From Coleofasciculus sp. B1-GNL1-01 (lineage in GTDB: Bacteria; Cyanobacteriota; Cyanobacteriia; Cyanobacteriales; Coleofasciculaceae): a DNA stretch of 64,000 nucleotides. A model generated the notes under the pieces. The model worked only from the letters and a program-made list of their open reading frames with translations. It was not told where the DNA came from and searched no databases. Made by a program: the position numbers and the translations under genes. The stretch lies in NCBI GenBank assembly GCA_040220235.1, contig JAVJTO010000006.1; one strand, written 5' to 3'. Positions 30,468-39,866 of the stretch are shown piece by piece. The first letter of the stretch is position 1; each line of letters opens with the position of its first letter.

Positions 30468-32402
30468 CTATTTTTTAGAGATAGTCCCAATACATTCTGT
30501 ATTCACGAGTACAAAATCATCGGTTTCAAGAACAGAACAACGGTGTCTGACCCTCGCCAAAGCAGGAACCTTACCTTTTTCCAGGCTTTCTAGCGCTTCC
30601 GTTGCTGCGGGTTGATACTGCCTGATCCAACGACTGGTCAAAGATCTAGGATTAGCGATATACTCCGGTGTAAAAGCGTTCCGCTCTAGCAGCCAGAAAT
30701 CTACGCCATATTTTTCAATAAAGCGTTGTACTTCGTCTAAATTAGGACTATATTGAGCCTTGATCAGATCAATCGCTCGCTGACGGATTTGCTTATAGTA
30801 CCCCACCTGGTAAGGTAGCGCATATTCCCGCGATACTAAAACTGAGCGTTTGGCAAAACTGGGCAGATTATCTGTCTCCCCTGCCAACGATGCAATCAGA
30901 ATGTCTTTGGGCTGTTTAGCCAAAAACTCGTAGAGTTTGGGAACTTTACCAAAAGAGTAATCTGTTCCTGGAAAAGACCTTAGCATACTAGGATAGCCGA
31001 TAAGTACTACGGCTAATACGACTGTTGCTGCTAATACTAAAACCTGGTGTCCTCGGTAAGATTGATTGTCTGGTGGTTGATTCTGCCCACCCCAATCTAG
31101 CCGCCATGCGATTAAGGCTATTCCTATTCCCAAAACGAGGCAAGCGACTAAAGCCTTTTTCCCGCCAGGAAAGTAGAACATGAACCAATAAAGCGTGATG
31201 AGTAGGGTATAGATTCCGCCAAATAAACTGATTGCTCTTAAGCTAACCTTTCTCGACGGATGCCAAGCGTTGAATAAGGTATCTAATAGTATAATTAAAG
31301 CGATTCCAGTTGCGAGATTGATGGCTAACCCTAGTCCCAACACGTATCGGCTGGGAAGGTAGAGCTTAAATAATAGGGCATGAGCCGTAAAAAATAAGCC
31401 CAGGGATACTAGCACCATTTGAATTAAAAGAGAGACGCCAGACGTGAGATGTCTAGCTCCAGAAAAGCGAGAAGGATAGCGCAACAAAATTGGTAAGCAT
31501 AATGCCGCATAGCGAATTGGAGGTTTCCAGGGCCATGCCATGAGTCCACTGCGATGGGAATTGAACCAAAAATCCCGAAAGTTGTTCACAAAAAAATTGG
31601 TTCGTCCTTCAGGTTCAAACTCTGGTAATGCCTTGGCTTCATTGACTGTAATCGTTGGACCAAATTCTGAGGAACCGACGGCATGAGGTAACAGCACCAG
31701 AAATACGATCGCTAATCCAGTAACATACCAGAAAAAATTGTTTCGATCTATTGCCAAACGAGGCAATCCTTGATCCCATCGCCATATCCGCAAAACTAAG
31801 ATTCCAGCCGTTACCAGTATAACGGGAGGATAAAACAATCCTTGTAAGGCGATCGCGATTAAACAGGGTAACCAGGAACGTCGTAGCAAATAGTATAAAA
31901 AAGCTAGAAAAAACAACCATTCAAAAGCCCTGGGTGTAGCCGTGATTAGCACAGCGCCACCCCAAAGGCTTTGGTTTAAAAGCAATGTACTAATAAATCC
32001 GGCTGCGGGTACGGGAAAAATCTGCATGCATAGACCAAAATTATAGCCAGTTGTCACAAGTCCCAGGACTATGGGGAAGATTTTACTCAGCCAAATTAGA
32101 TCAATGTTGACTAGGGCAAATAGTCGATAGAATAGGGTGTAGCCCAAGGGAGCATTAGATTGATAATAATCAGCAATTAAATCATTAGGAAACAACTCAG
32201 GGTCTAAAAATCGCTGCATCCAAAATAGATGTTGCCGCGCATCATCTTGAATCACATATTCACTACTGAATGCCTCCTGTAATCCCTGAATTCCATAGAT
32301 TCCCGCCAATGTTAGACTTAAAAAAAACCAGAATTTGAGCTGGGGACTGTAAGCTCTATCAATCGGAGTGGTTAACCATTGACGTAAATACTTGATTAGC
32401 AT
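30468..32402 (-). CDS. Polytopic membrane protein, possible GT-C glycosyltransferase
   Basis: QDD acidic motif after the first TM helix; many TM helices; soluble C-terminal domain. Confidence 0.7.
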   Translation of the reverse strand: MLIKYLRQWLTTPIDRAYSPQLKFWFFLSLTLAGIYGIQGLQEAFSSEYVIQDDARQHLFWMQRFLDPELFPNDLIADYYQSNAPLGYTLFYRLFALVNIDLIWLSKIFPIVLGLVTTGYNFGLCMQIFPVPAAGFISTLLLNQSLWGGAVLITATPRAFEWLFFLAFLYYLLRRSWLPCLIAIALQGLFYPPVILVTAGILVLRIWRWDQGLPRLAIDRNNFFWYVTGLAIVFLVLLPHAVGSSEFGPTITVNEAKALPEFEPEGRTNFFVNNFRDFWFNSHRSGLMAWPWKPPIRYAALCLPILLRYPSRFSGARHLTSGVSLLIQMVLVSLGLFFTAHALLFKLYLPSRYVLGLGLAINLATGIALIILLDTLFNAWHPSRKVSLRAISLFGGIYTLLITLYWFMFYFPGGKKALVACLVLGIGIALIAWRLDWGGQNQPPDNQSYRGHQVLVLAATVVLAVVLIGYPSMLRSFPGTDYSFGKVPKLYEFLAKQPKDILIASLAGETDNLPSFAKRSVLVSREYALPYQVGYYKQIRQRAIDLIKAQYSPNLDEVQRFIEKYGVDFWLLERNAFTPEYIANPRSLTSRWIRQYQPAATEALESLEKGKVPALARVRHRCSVLETDDFVLVNTECIGTISKK

Positions 32403-32504
32403 AGAAATCTCAAATTAATTAATCTTTGATTTTTGTTTGTAAATAAAAAAGGTTTGACAAAAACAGATAATTCAGTATTTTTTCAGGGAATTGAACACCA
32501 TCAA

Positions 32505-33422
32505 CTAGGTTCGTTTGTCAAGCATATCCGCTAAAAGTGCAAACATACCAATTTGGGTAGCAGCAATCAAAAGAATGAGTGTCCTTTCCGTAAGATTTTC
32601 GCGAACAATAATATCTTGGATAAATGTAAACAAGAACCCCAGCCAAAATAATCCTGATATAGGGATAAACACTCTTAAAGGCGCAAAGTAAACTCCCGTT
32701 CGTAAAATCAATTGAATGAAACGCAACGTATCGCGAATTGGCTTGATCTTGCTTTTACCCTGACGATGATGAAAGTTAATGGCTTCGTAATGTACGATAT
32801 AATTATTGGTTAGCATGGCTACTGTAATGGTAGTCGTGAAGCTAAATGTGTCTGGCAGGATCTTCAGAAATCGTTTAACCACACTCTTGTGAAAAACTCG
32901 CAGTCCACTGTTGAGATCGGGAATTCGACTATTTGTGATCCATTCAGCAAAGCGAATCAAAAACCATTTCGGTATTTTCCGCAGATTTGAATAGTGAACC
33001 TGAGTACCAATCCTCGCCCCCACAACCATATCGGCATTTTGGGTCAAAGCAACCAGATGGGGAATCATTTCGTTGGGATAGGTGCCGTCAGCATCGGTAA
33101 TCACAATTAAAGGATACTTAGCTTGTCGAATTCCTGTCTTCAGTGCAGCACCATATCCCCGATTCCGGCGATGTTCAATGACTCTAACATTCAAGCAGGA
33201 GCGCAACAGTTCACCTGTTTTGTCCGTCGAACCGTCATTAACAGCGATAATCTCATACTCACAGTTAGCCGATTTGAGAGTGTTCTGGAGATGATCGATA
33301 GTTAGGGTAATGCCTTTTTCTTCGTTGTAAACGGGAAGGATGATGGAAAATGGCGGACAGTTTGCCTCTAAACCATTATGGCTAGAGGATAATTCTTGGT
33401 TGACTTGGCTACTTTCCTGCAT
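32505..33422 (-). CDS. Glycosyltransferase family 2 (polyprenol-phosphate sugar synthase-like)
   Basis: PVYNEE, NDGSTD, NRGYGAALKTG and DADG motifs; two C-terminal TM helices. Confidence 0.9.
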   Translation of the reverse strand: MQESSQVNQELSSSHNGLEANCPPFSIILPVYNEEKGITLTIDHLQNTLKSANCEYEIIAVNDGSTDKTGELLRSCLNVRVIEHRRNRGYGAALKTGIRQAKYPLIVITDADGTYPNEMIPHLVALTQNADMVVGARIGTQVHYSNLRKIPKWFLIRFAEWITNSRIPDLNSGLRVFHKSVVKRFLKILPDTFSFTTTITVAMLTNNYIVHYEAINFHHRQGKSKIKPIRDTLRFIQLILRTGVYFAPLRVFIPISGLFWLGFLFTFIQDIIVRENLTERTLILLIAATQIGMFALLADMLDKRT

Positions 33423-33893
33423 GCTCAATAAGCCTTTGAGTAAAAGCCCCGTTTAATGTTTCCCAAATTTATCATGACTTACTGTATTTCAGAAGACAGT
33501 TTAACTATTTTTTATCTATTGATGTATAAGGTATCACCAAATCCGTACAGCACACCGGTGATCCATCTAAAGCGGGACATTTAGGTTAGGGAACAGATCT
33601 TTCTTAGGCGCTGTCCCGGCTTAGGTTGGTAGCCGCACACCTAATCGGGTCTTCATCCGTTGATAAGAGCAGCCTATCACTCTTGTGAAGATTCGAGTTG
33701 ATAATCCAGGATGACGATGAAATGGCTAAGGGCATCAATTACACAAAAAACCCTCTTCTTTGTTCAGATGGCGTCCAGTTTAGGGTTCGGCTACCTCTTT
33801 TAGACTTGATAATCTGGAAATCGACTTCATTTATTCTCATGAATATGAGTTAAGCTGAAGAGTGAAGTCTGGTATAAGTGTGAGCATCGGACG

Positions 33894-35213
33894 GTGATTT
33901 CTCAGGATTTTCTCAAAACCATTGCTACTGAACGCAATCTGTCCAAATCGGAATTAGAGGTGTTGTCCCTGGCGATGGAGGGTCATGGAACGGCTGCGAT
34001 CGCGTCTCACCTTCAGATTAGTGGGGATGCTGTGCGTAAGCGACTTAGCGAAGTCTACCAAAAGTTTAAGATTCCGGGTAGAGGTCCGGTTAAGCTGACC
34101 AAATTGCAACAAATCTTGGTTAACCGCTATCAAGAGTATCTCCAGCAGCAAAAGGATACGCCAAACCGTTCCCCTGTTTCCCAGAGTCCCCCCCCTACCT
34201 CACCCCAGCCGCCAAATCGCCGGGATTGGGGTGAAGCACCCGATGTTTCCGTATTCTACGGGCGTGGTGATGAACTGAAAACCCTGGAACGGTGGATTAT
34301 TCAGGAACACTGTCGCTTAGTGGCGCTGTTGGGGATGAGTGGTATTGGTAAAACGGCGTTATCGGTGAAGGTGGCGAAACAGTTACAGGATGAGTTTGAG
34401 GTTGTCCTGTGGCGATCGCTACGTCAAGCCCCTTCTGTGTCTGATCTTCTCGCCGCTTTAATTCCAGACTTATCCCAGCAACCGGAAACGGTAATACCCC
34501 AAACCCCTGATCAGCGCATTTCCTGGTTGATTGACTATTTTCGACAGCATCGTTGTTTGGTCATTTTGGATGGTGTGGAGTCGATTTTGCAGAGTGGGAA
34601 GCTAGCTGGGATTTACAGAGAAGGCTATGAAGGGTATGGTGATTTTTTCCGACGTTTAGGAGAAGAACCGCACCAAAGCTGTGTATTAATTACGTCTCAG
34701 GAAAAACTGAATGAAGTTTCCTTATTAGAAGGTGAGACATCACCCGTTCGTTCCTTTAAGTTAGAGGGGTTAGGAGACGCGGCTCAATTAATCTTAAAGG
34801 AAAAAGGATTATCGGGCGAGAAAAAATGGCAACCGTTAATTCAAGGGTATCGCGGTAATCCGTTTATGCTCAAGCTGGTGGCGACGACGATTAAGGAAGT
34901 TTTTGATGGTGACGTGACGGATTTTTTATCGACGACGTTGTTTACTCATGATATTAGTGATTTTATTGAGGAAGTTTTAGACCGCTTATCAGAATTAGAA
35001 GAAAGACTATTGGTTTATCTGGCTCACCAAAAAGAGGCGATTTCGTTTAAAGCATTGCAACAGCATTTTAGTGATACATCACCCCAGGAAGTGATTCGGG
35101 CGCTGGGTTCTCTGAGTCAGCGATCGCTGGTGGAGAAGTCGGAGGGTCGATTTATTTTACCACCAGCTGTTCGGGAAGTGACGCTGCAATTAATGACTCC
35201 GTTAGAAGATTGA
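33894..35213 (+). CDS. HTH + NB-ARC (STAND NTPase) protein with no C-terminal repeat domain
   Basis: LuxR-like HTH; DWGEAPDVSVFYGR; Walker A GMSGIGKT; Walker B LVILDGVE. Confidence 0.85.
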   Translation: MISQDFLKTIATERNLSKSELEVLSLAMEGHGTAAIASHLQISGDAVRKRLSEVYQKFKIPGRGPVKLTKLQQILVNRYQEYLQQQKDTPNRSPVSQSPPPTSPQPPNRRDWGEAPDVSVFYGRGDELKTLERWIIQEHCRLVALLGMSGIGKTALSVKVAKQLQDEFEVVLWRSLRQAPSVSDLLAALIPDLSQQPETVIPQTPDQRISWLIDYFRQHRCLVILDGVESILQSGKLAGIYREGYEGYGDFFRRLGEEPHQSCVLITSQEKLNEVSLLEGETSPVRSFKLEGLGDAAQLILKEKGLSGEKKWQPLIQGYRGNPFMLKLVATTIKEVFDGDVTDFLSTTLFTHDISDFIEEVLDRLSELEERLLVYLAHQKEAISFKALQQHFSDTSPQEVIRALGSLSQRSLVEKSEGRFILPPAVREVTLQLMTPLED

Positions 35214-35442
35214 AGCCACGGCGATTGAAATAACTGCTACACAAACAAAGTCCGCCTACGCGGACTGACTTATAGCTAGGGTGGGAAACCTGGATTTAGT
35301 ATAATTGGCTTGAGGGAATAACATCTAAACCGATTCTTTAATCATGCGACTCCGAGTTTCTTTCCTGTCAAGATATACTCAATAAATTTGGTTATTCTGG
35401 ATTCTAGATGAATAAATCCAGCTTATGTATACTTTTAGTGCA

Positions 35443-35709
35443 TTAATACACTTCATCAGGGCTGCCAATATCTACAAAAACAGCCTTTCTATCTTCCGTA
35501 AAGTAGAACAATACCCTCTCATCGTAATCTACACTGAAACTCCATAAATCTTTAAGCTTGCCTGATAATTTGTGTGTTTTCAAACTTGGCTCGAATGGAT
35601 CTACCGTAAACTGTTCTAATTTTTGCCAAAACCTTGTTTCTAAATCTGGATTACCCTTAATGCGTTTTTTGAATGCACGTTTAAACGAAGAGCTGAAACT
35701 GACTTCCAC
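35443..35709 (-). CDS. RelE/YafQ-family mRNA interferase toxin
   Basis: FKRAFKK..LKTHKLSGKL..WSFSVDYDERVLF pattern. Confidence 0.85.
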   Translation of the reverse strand: MEVSFSSSFKRAFKKRIKGNPDLETRFWQKLEQFTVDPFEPSLKTHKLSGKLKDLWSFSVDYDERVLFYFTEDRKAVFVDIGSPDEVY

Positions 35710-35711
35710 AA

Positions 35712-35918
35712 TTATTCCTCTATCAGTTGTCTTAGTTCGTTAATATTGGCAGAAGACTTTAGTTCCCCTTTTTGCTGTTCAACCTGCGCTGACTTGAAGT
35801 TCCTATATATCTCGCCACGGCGTTCTTCACGGATGTATTGCTTCAACAACAGTTGAATTTCCAGCTTTTCATCTGTGGAAAGATTCTGGATCGCCTCAAC
35901 GACATCATTAAAAGTCAT
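35712..35918 (-). CDS. Putative antitoxin paired with the downstream RelE-type toxin
   Basis: 68 aa ORF ending 2 nt before the toxin start. Confidence 0.7.
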   Translation of the reverse strand: MTFNDVVEAIQNLSTDEKLEIQLLLKQYIREERRGEIYRNFKSAQVEQQKGELKSSANINELRQLIEE

Positions 35919-36017
35919 AATTTATCATAGCCTCATCATACTGACCTATTCTTTACATTAACTATGGCATAGTCAAACTTCAATCCTCAACCTCACCCAA
36001 CTCCTGCTTTCCTTAAC

Positions 36018-36149
36018 TCAGCGAAACAAACCTTTCTCGATGCCATTACTTGCTTCGATCGTACAATCTACCTGATCACCGATGCATCTCTCGTCACCCT
36101 TCCTACCTTCTCCCCCTATGAACCCTCCCTTGTCAACAATAACGCTCAT
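36018..36149 (-). pseudogene. Truncated VapC (PIN) toxin; only the first ~6 codons (MSVIVD) remain
   Basis: ATGA overlap with the vapB stop; PIN-like beta1-Asp start, then unrelated sequence and a stop after 43 aa. Confidence 0.55.
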
Positions 36150-36346
36150 CTTGTTTGTCTTTGTTGCTTGTAATCATAATCTTCTTCATAGTCTATCGTT
36201 CCAAATAACTCCAAAACTTTCAGTTGTTTGCGACGTTGAATGTATTCTCGCAAAGCTGCTTCAATCAACCGATCTGCTGTTGAATGTTCGCACAATGAAA
36301 GTGCTTCTTCAAGAAGCTTTTCGTCAATTTCAATATTGGTTGCCAT
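36146..36346 (-). CDS. VapB-family antitoxin
   Basis: MATNIEIDEKLLEEA RHH start; LFGTIDY..DYDYK tail. Confidence 0.85.
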   Translation of the reverse strand: MATNIEIDEKLLEEALSLCEHSTADRLIEAALREYIQRRKQLKVLELFGTIDYEEDYDYKQQRQTR

Positions 36347-36462
36347 GGATTTATCTAGTACAATTAAGGTATGACAATATATTCAATTTTAAGGCAGAGA
36401 ACAGCTTGAGAAAGTTTTCAACTCTGATCACCGATGTGCGGCTATTCATTGACAAACGCTTA

Positions 36463-37203
36463 CTACTCTGGCAAATCGGGTTCAACGCCTAACGCTTTAA
36501 GTCTAGCTCGCAATTCTGTTACCTGCTGTTGTGCAAGTTCCCGCTGCTGTCGTTCTATCTCCGCTTGTTTCTGGGCAATTTCTGCCCTCTCTTCTGGTGT
36601 GGCGACAAGTTGACCCTCTGGGCTGAAAAAACGCAGCTTTGACTCATAAATTCCTAAAAATAGTTCCAACTGACGACTCCATAACCACCCTTGAGGAGTG
36701 AGTTCTATCGGTTGGTACTCACCCGCCATAAGTATAAACCCTTGGAACTCTAATGTATCTGGATGAAACCAAAAATATTCGGGGGTGCGGAAGGTGTCCT
36801 GGTAAAGTTTTTTCTTAAAGTCTTTATCAACTGTAGCGGTGCTGTCAGAAAGCAGTTCCACAATTACATTCGGGTATTTTCCCTGTTCTGCCCATAATAT
36901 CCAGCTTTTGCGGGGTCGATTTTCTGTTCCTAACACGACAAAAAAATCGGGTCCTCTAAAGTCTCGTGTGGTGATGTGTTCTGGGCTAAAGTAGATGGTA
37001 AGATTACCAGTGGCATAGAAGTCAGTGCGTTCTCGCCACCACCACTTGAGGCAAGCCAGCAGGAGTTCTATTTGATCTCGATGTAGGTCACTTTCCAAGG
37101 GCGGTTCATCACTCAACAAATCAGATGGAGGAATAATAATATCCTCTGTGTCGTTAAGGGAAGTAATTTGATCTGTTGGTTGTGAATCCTTGGCAAGGGT
37201 CAT
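36463..37203 (-). CDS. Uma2-family (DUF820) endonuclease-like protein
   Basis: SDEPPLESDLH, GPDFFVV, VELLS and PEYFWF motifs. Confidence 0.9.
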   Translation of the reverse strand: MTLAKDSQPTDQITSLNDTEDIIIPPSDLLSDEPPLESDLHRDQIELLLACLKWWWRERTDFYATGNLTIYFSPEHITTRDFRGPDFFVVLGTENRPRKSWILWAEQGKYPNVIVELLSDSTATVDKDFKKKLYQDTFRTPEYFWFHPDTLEFQGFILMAGEYQPIELTPQGWLWSRQLELFLGIYESKLRFFSPEGQLVATPEERAEIAQKQAEIERQQRELAQQQVTELRARLKALGVEPDLPE

Positions 37204-37451
37204 CGGGAAGGATGGTATACTTCTATCTTTAGTTTAATGGTCAGATTCGCTGATTAGCGATCGCGCGTTGCTGCCAAATCCCTTTTTGTAACTTTATAAC
37301 CTTTCTCTTTCCCTTCTGCCTTCTGCCCTAGAGGATGGTATTCCACTGGACATGATATCAGCGATTGGCTAGGGGAGGTCTCCCTCATCCCTTAAGATCA
37401 ATTTTAGGATTAAAATAAACAGATTATGGCAAGTCTGAGGAAAGTTTCTCT

Positions 37452-38461
37452 ATGCGTTTTGCCCCAAACTCTACGCCCTTGACTCGCCAGCGCTGGTGGC
37501 TTGTCATTATCTTATCTGGATTAGCCCTAATTTTAGCTCATGGGTTGGCACTTCTCTATCAGGTGCAATCGGGACTATCGCTGGGGTTTTTCCCTTCCGG
37601 AGTCGCGATCGCACTGACGCTCTGGTTTGAATGGGTAGGAATTATTCTAACCGGAATCACTTCACTCGTCATCGCCCCGTTGTGGGGACATGGTGATTGG
37701 ACGGGTTGGCTCAGATGCACTGATATAATAGTTCCCCTGATAACTTGGCTTCTCTACCGCAAACTCTGGCACGGTTCGCTGTCACTTAAACGCCGATCTG
37801 ATGCGGTTGTCTTTATTGCCAGTGCTATCATCGCCGCCTCTTGCACTTGCGCCACGGTTCACAGTCTCGGTTTGCTGGCTTGGGGTAAAATAACGCCATC
37901 TACTCTACTCCAACACTTATCATATAACTGGTTAGGACAAGCAATTGGTATCCTCGCCGTAGCGCCAACGGCTCTTTTATTTCTCACCCGATTCTGGCAA
38001 AATCAAGGTTGGCTTGCCATTTCAGACCAAGAAAATTCCTCGGTTTGGAATCTCTCGCTACATCAATGGCTGGAACTCCTAGCATTGGCGTTCTTGAGTA
38101 TCTGTATCGCTACCCTCACTGTTTGGGCAACTCTTGATTTAGGCTTGACGTTTGAGCGATTATTGTTTATTGGTTTTCTGCCGATTCTCTGGGCAGCTAT
38201 CCGTTTTGGTGCGATGGGTGGGATGCTTTTAGTCAGCTTTTCTATCGGGGTGACGCTGTTAGATTACCTCATCTTTTATCCGAACGCCTTCTCCCTATCC
38301 CCATTGCCCATTTCCGCCGATATTTTATCGCTGCACCAACTCAGCCTGCTGATGCGAGGTATTGTCAGTTTACTCCTGGGAGCGGCGATCGCACAACCGG
38401 AAACCGTTACCACCAAACCTGCGGCAGATAGTGACTATCCCACTCGCGCTCAACTCAATAA
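37452..38461 (+). pseudogene. MASE1 membrane sensor domain; 5' part of a hybrid histidine kinase gene interrupted by an IS605-type element
   Basis: MASE1-like polytopic domain (FFPSG, PILWAAIRFG); the ORF runs into the IS left end and stops at 38549. Confidence 0.75.
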
Positions 38462-39828
38462 CGTACTCGCGGAAGTCCTCACCCTCAACTCTCGTAGGGT
38501 GAGGATGGACAGCGGAAAATTGAGGAACGAAATTTTCAAACTATCCTGACCTAATTACTGGAAATAGCATATAATAGTAAGAAAAGGTAAAAACAATGCG
38601 ACATCAAGCCGTCAAGGTAAGGCTGTATCCCACAACTGAACAACAGGAAATATTAGCTCAACACTTTGGCTGTAGTCGTTGGTGGTGGAATCATGCACTC
38701 AATCTGTGTATTGAAACCTACCAGTTAACAGGTAAGGGCTTGAGTCAATCAGCATTGAATGCATTTTTACCTAAGCTCAAGAAACAGGAAGAGACTGAAT
38801 GGTTGTCTGAATGCTATTCTCAGGTCTTACAAGCTACTACGCTTAACCTGGTAACTGCATATCGAAACTTTTTTGAGGGTAGAGCCAGATACCCCAGGTT
38901 CAAGGCTAAAAGGAATAGGCAATCTATTCAGTATCCCCAATCGGTTAAGGTCGTTGATGATTGCCTCAAGTTTCCCGGTCGCGTTGGTACACTCAAAGCT
39001 AAAATACACCGACCAATTGAAGGAACTATCAAAACAGTAACTGTCAGTATGACCCCATCGGGTAAGTATTTTGCTTCTGTATTAATGGAGTTAGAAGGGA
39101 ATAACCCACCGACTAACACCGATGGTAAAGTCGCTGGAATTGATTTAGGGTTAAAGGATTTTGCCATTGTCAATGATGGGTGCAAAACCTCTAAATACGC
39201 TAATCCCAAACATTTAGCCAAACATGAGCGTAACCTCAAGCGGAAGCAACGGAAATTAGACAGAAAGGAGAAAGGAAGCAAGTCACGAGATAAAGCCAGG
39301 AAACTGGTGGCTAGGGTTCACGAGAGAGTATCAAATGTCCGCCAAGACTACTTACATAAGCTATCCAGAAAGCTTGTTGACGAAAACCAAGTCATCGTAG
39401 TCGAAAGCTTGAATACTAAGGGCATGGTTCGGAACCACAAACTAGCTAAAGCAATTTCTGATGTGGGTTGGGGAATGTTTGTCAATTTTTTATCGTACAA
39501 GCTTGAATTTGAGGGCAAGGTATTGGTAGAAATTGACCGATGGTTCCCTAGCTCAAAACTCTGCTCAAGCTGCCATTATCAGGTAAACGAGATGCCCTTA
39601 GAGGTCAGGACTTGGACTTGTCCTAACTGCGGCACTCATCATGATAGAGACGGTAATGCTTCAGCAAATATCAGAGCGGAAGGCATCAGAATCTTATCGG
39701 TCTTAGGGACTAGGACTGCTGCTGATGGAGGGGATGTGAGACCGAAACTTGGACGTAAGTCTAAGTTGACGCAATCCCCTATGAAATCAGAAGCTCAGGC
39801 TTCTACGAAGTAAGCCTGAGTAGTTCAC
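38462..39828 (+). mobile_element. IS200/IS605-family (IS1341-type, tnpB-only) element
   Basis: Left hairpin CCTCACCCT..AGGGTGAGG; right hairpin CTCAGGCTT..AAGCCTGAG preceded by GAAG and followed by TAGTTCAC; left boundary uncertain by a few nt. Confidence 0.85.
38596..39813 (+). CDS. tnpB: RNA-guided endonuclease TnpB, apparently intact
   Basis: KVRLYPT HTH; RuvC-I GIDLG; RuvC-II VVESL; zinc finger CSSC/CPNC; RuvC-III DRDGNA. Confidence 0.95.
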   Translation: MRHQAVKVRLYPTTEQQEILAQHFGCSRWWWNHALNLCIETYQLTGKGLSQSALNAFLPKLKKQEETEWLSECYSQVLQATTLNLVTAYRNFFEGRARYPRFKAKRNRQSIQYPQSVKVVDDCLKFPGRVGTLKAKIHRPIEGTIKTVTVSMTPSGKYFASVLMELEGNNPPTNTDGKVAGIDLGLKDFAIVNDGCKTSKYANPKHLAKHERNLKRKQRKLDRKEKGSKSRDKARKLVARVHERVSNVRQDYLHKLSRKLVDENQVIVVESLNTKGMVRNHKLAKAISDVGWGMFVNFLSYKLEFEGKVLVEIDRWFPSSKLCSSCHYQVNEMPLEVRTWTCPNCGTHHDRDGNASANIRAEGIRILSVLGTRTAADGGDVRPKLGRKSKLTQSPMKSEAQASTK

Positions 39829-39866
39829 CCAAAGCTTATACTCGCTTACAAGAATTTAACCAAAAA

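Noticed and set aside
36082..36492. 136 aa plus-strand ORF
   Set aside because: Antisense to vapB and the Uma2 end, with no recognisable motifs.
38462..38595. Possible IStron (group I intron plus TnpB) explaining the intragenic insertion
   Set aside because: Only about 130 nt separate the left end from tnpB, too short for a group I intron core.
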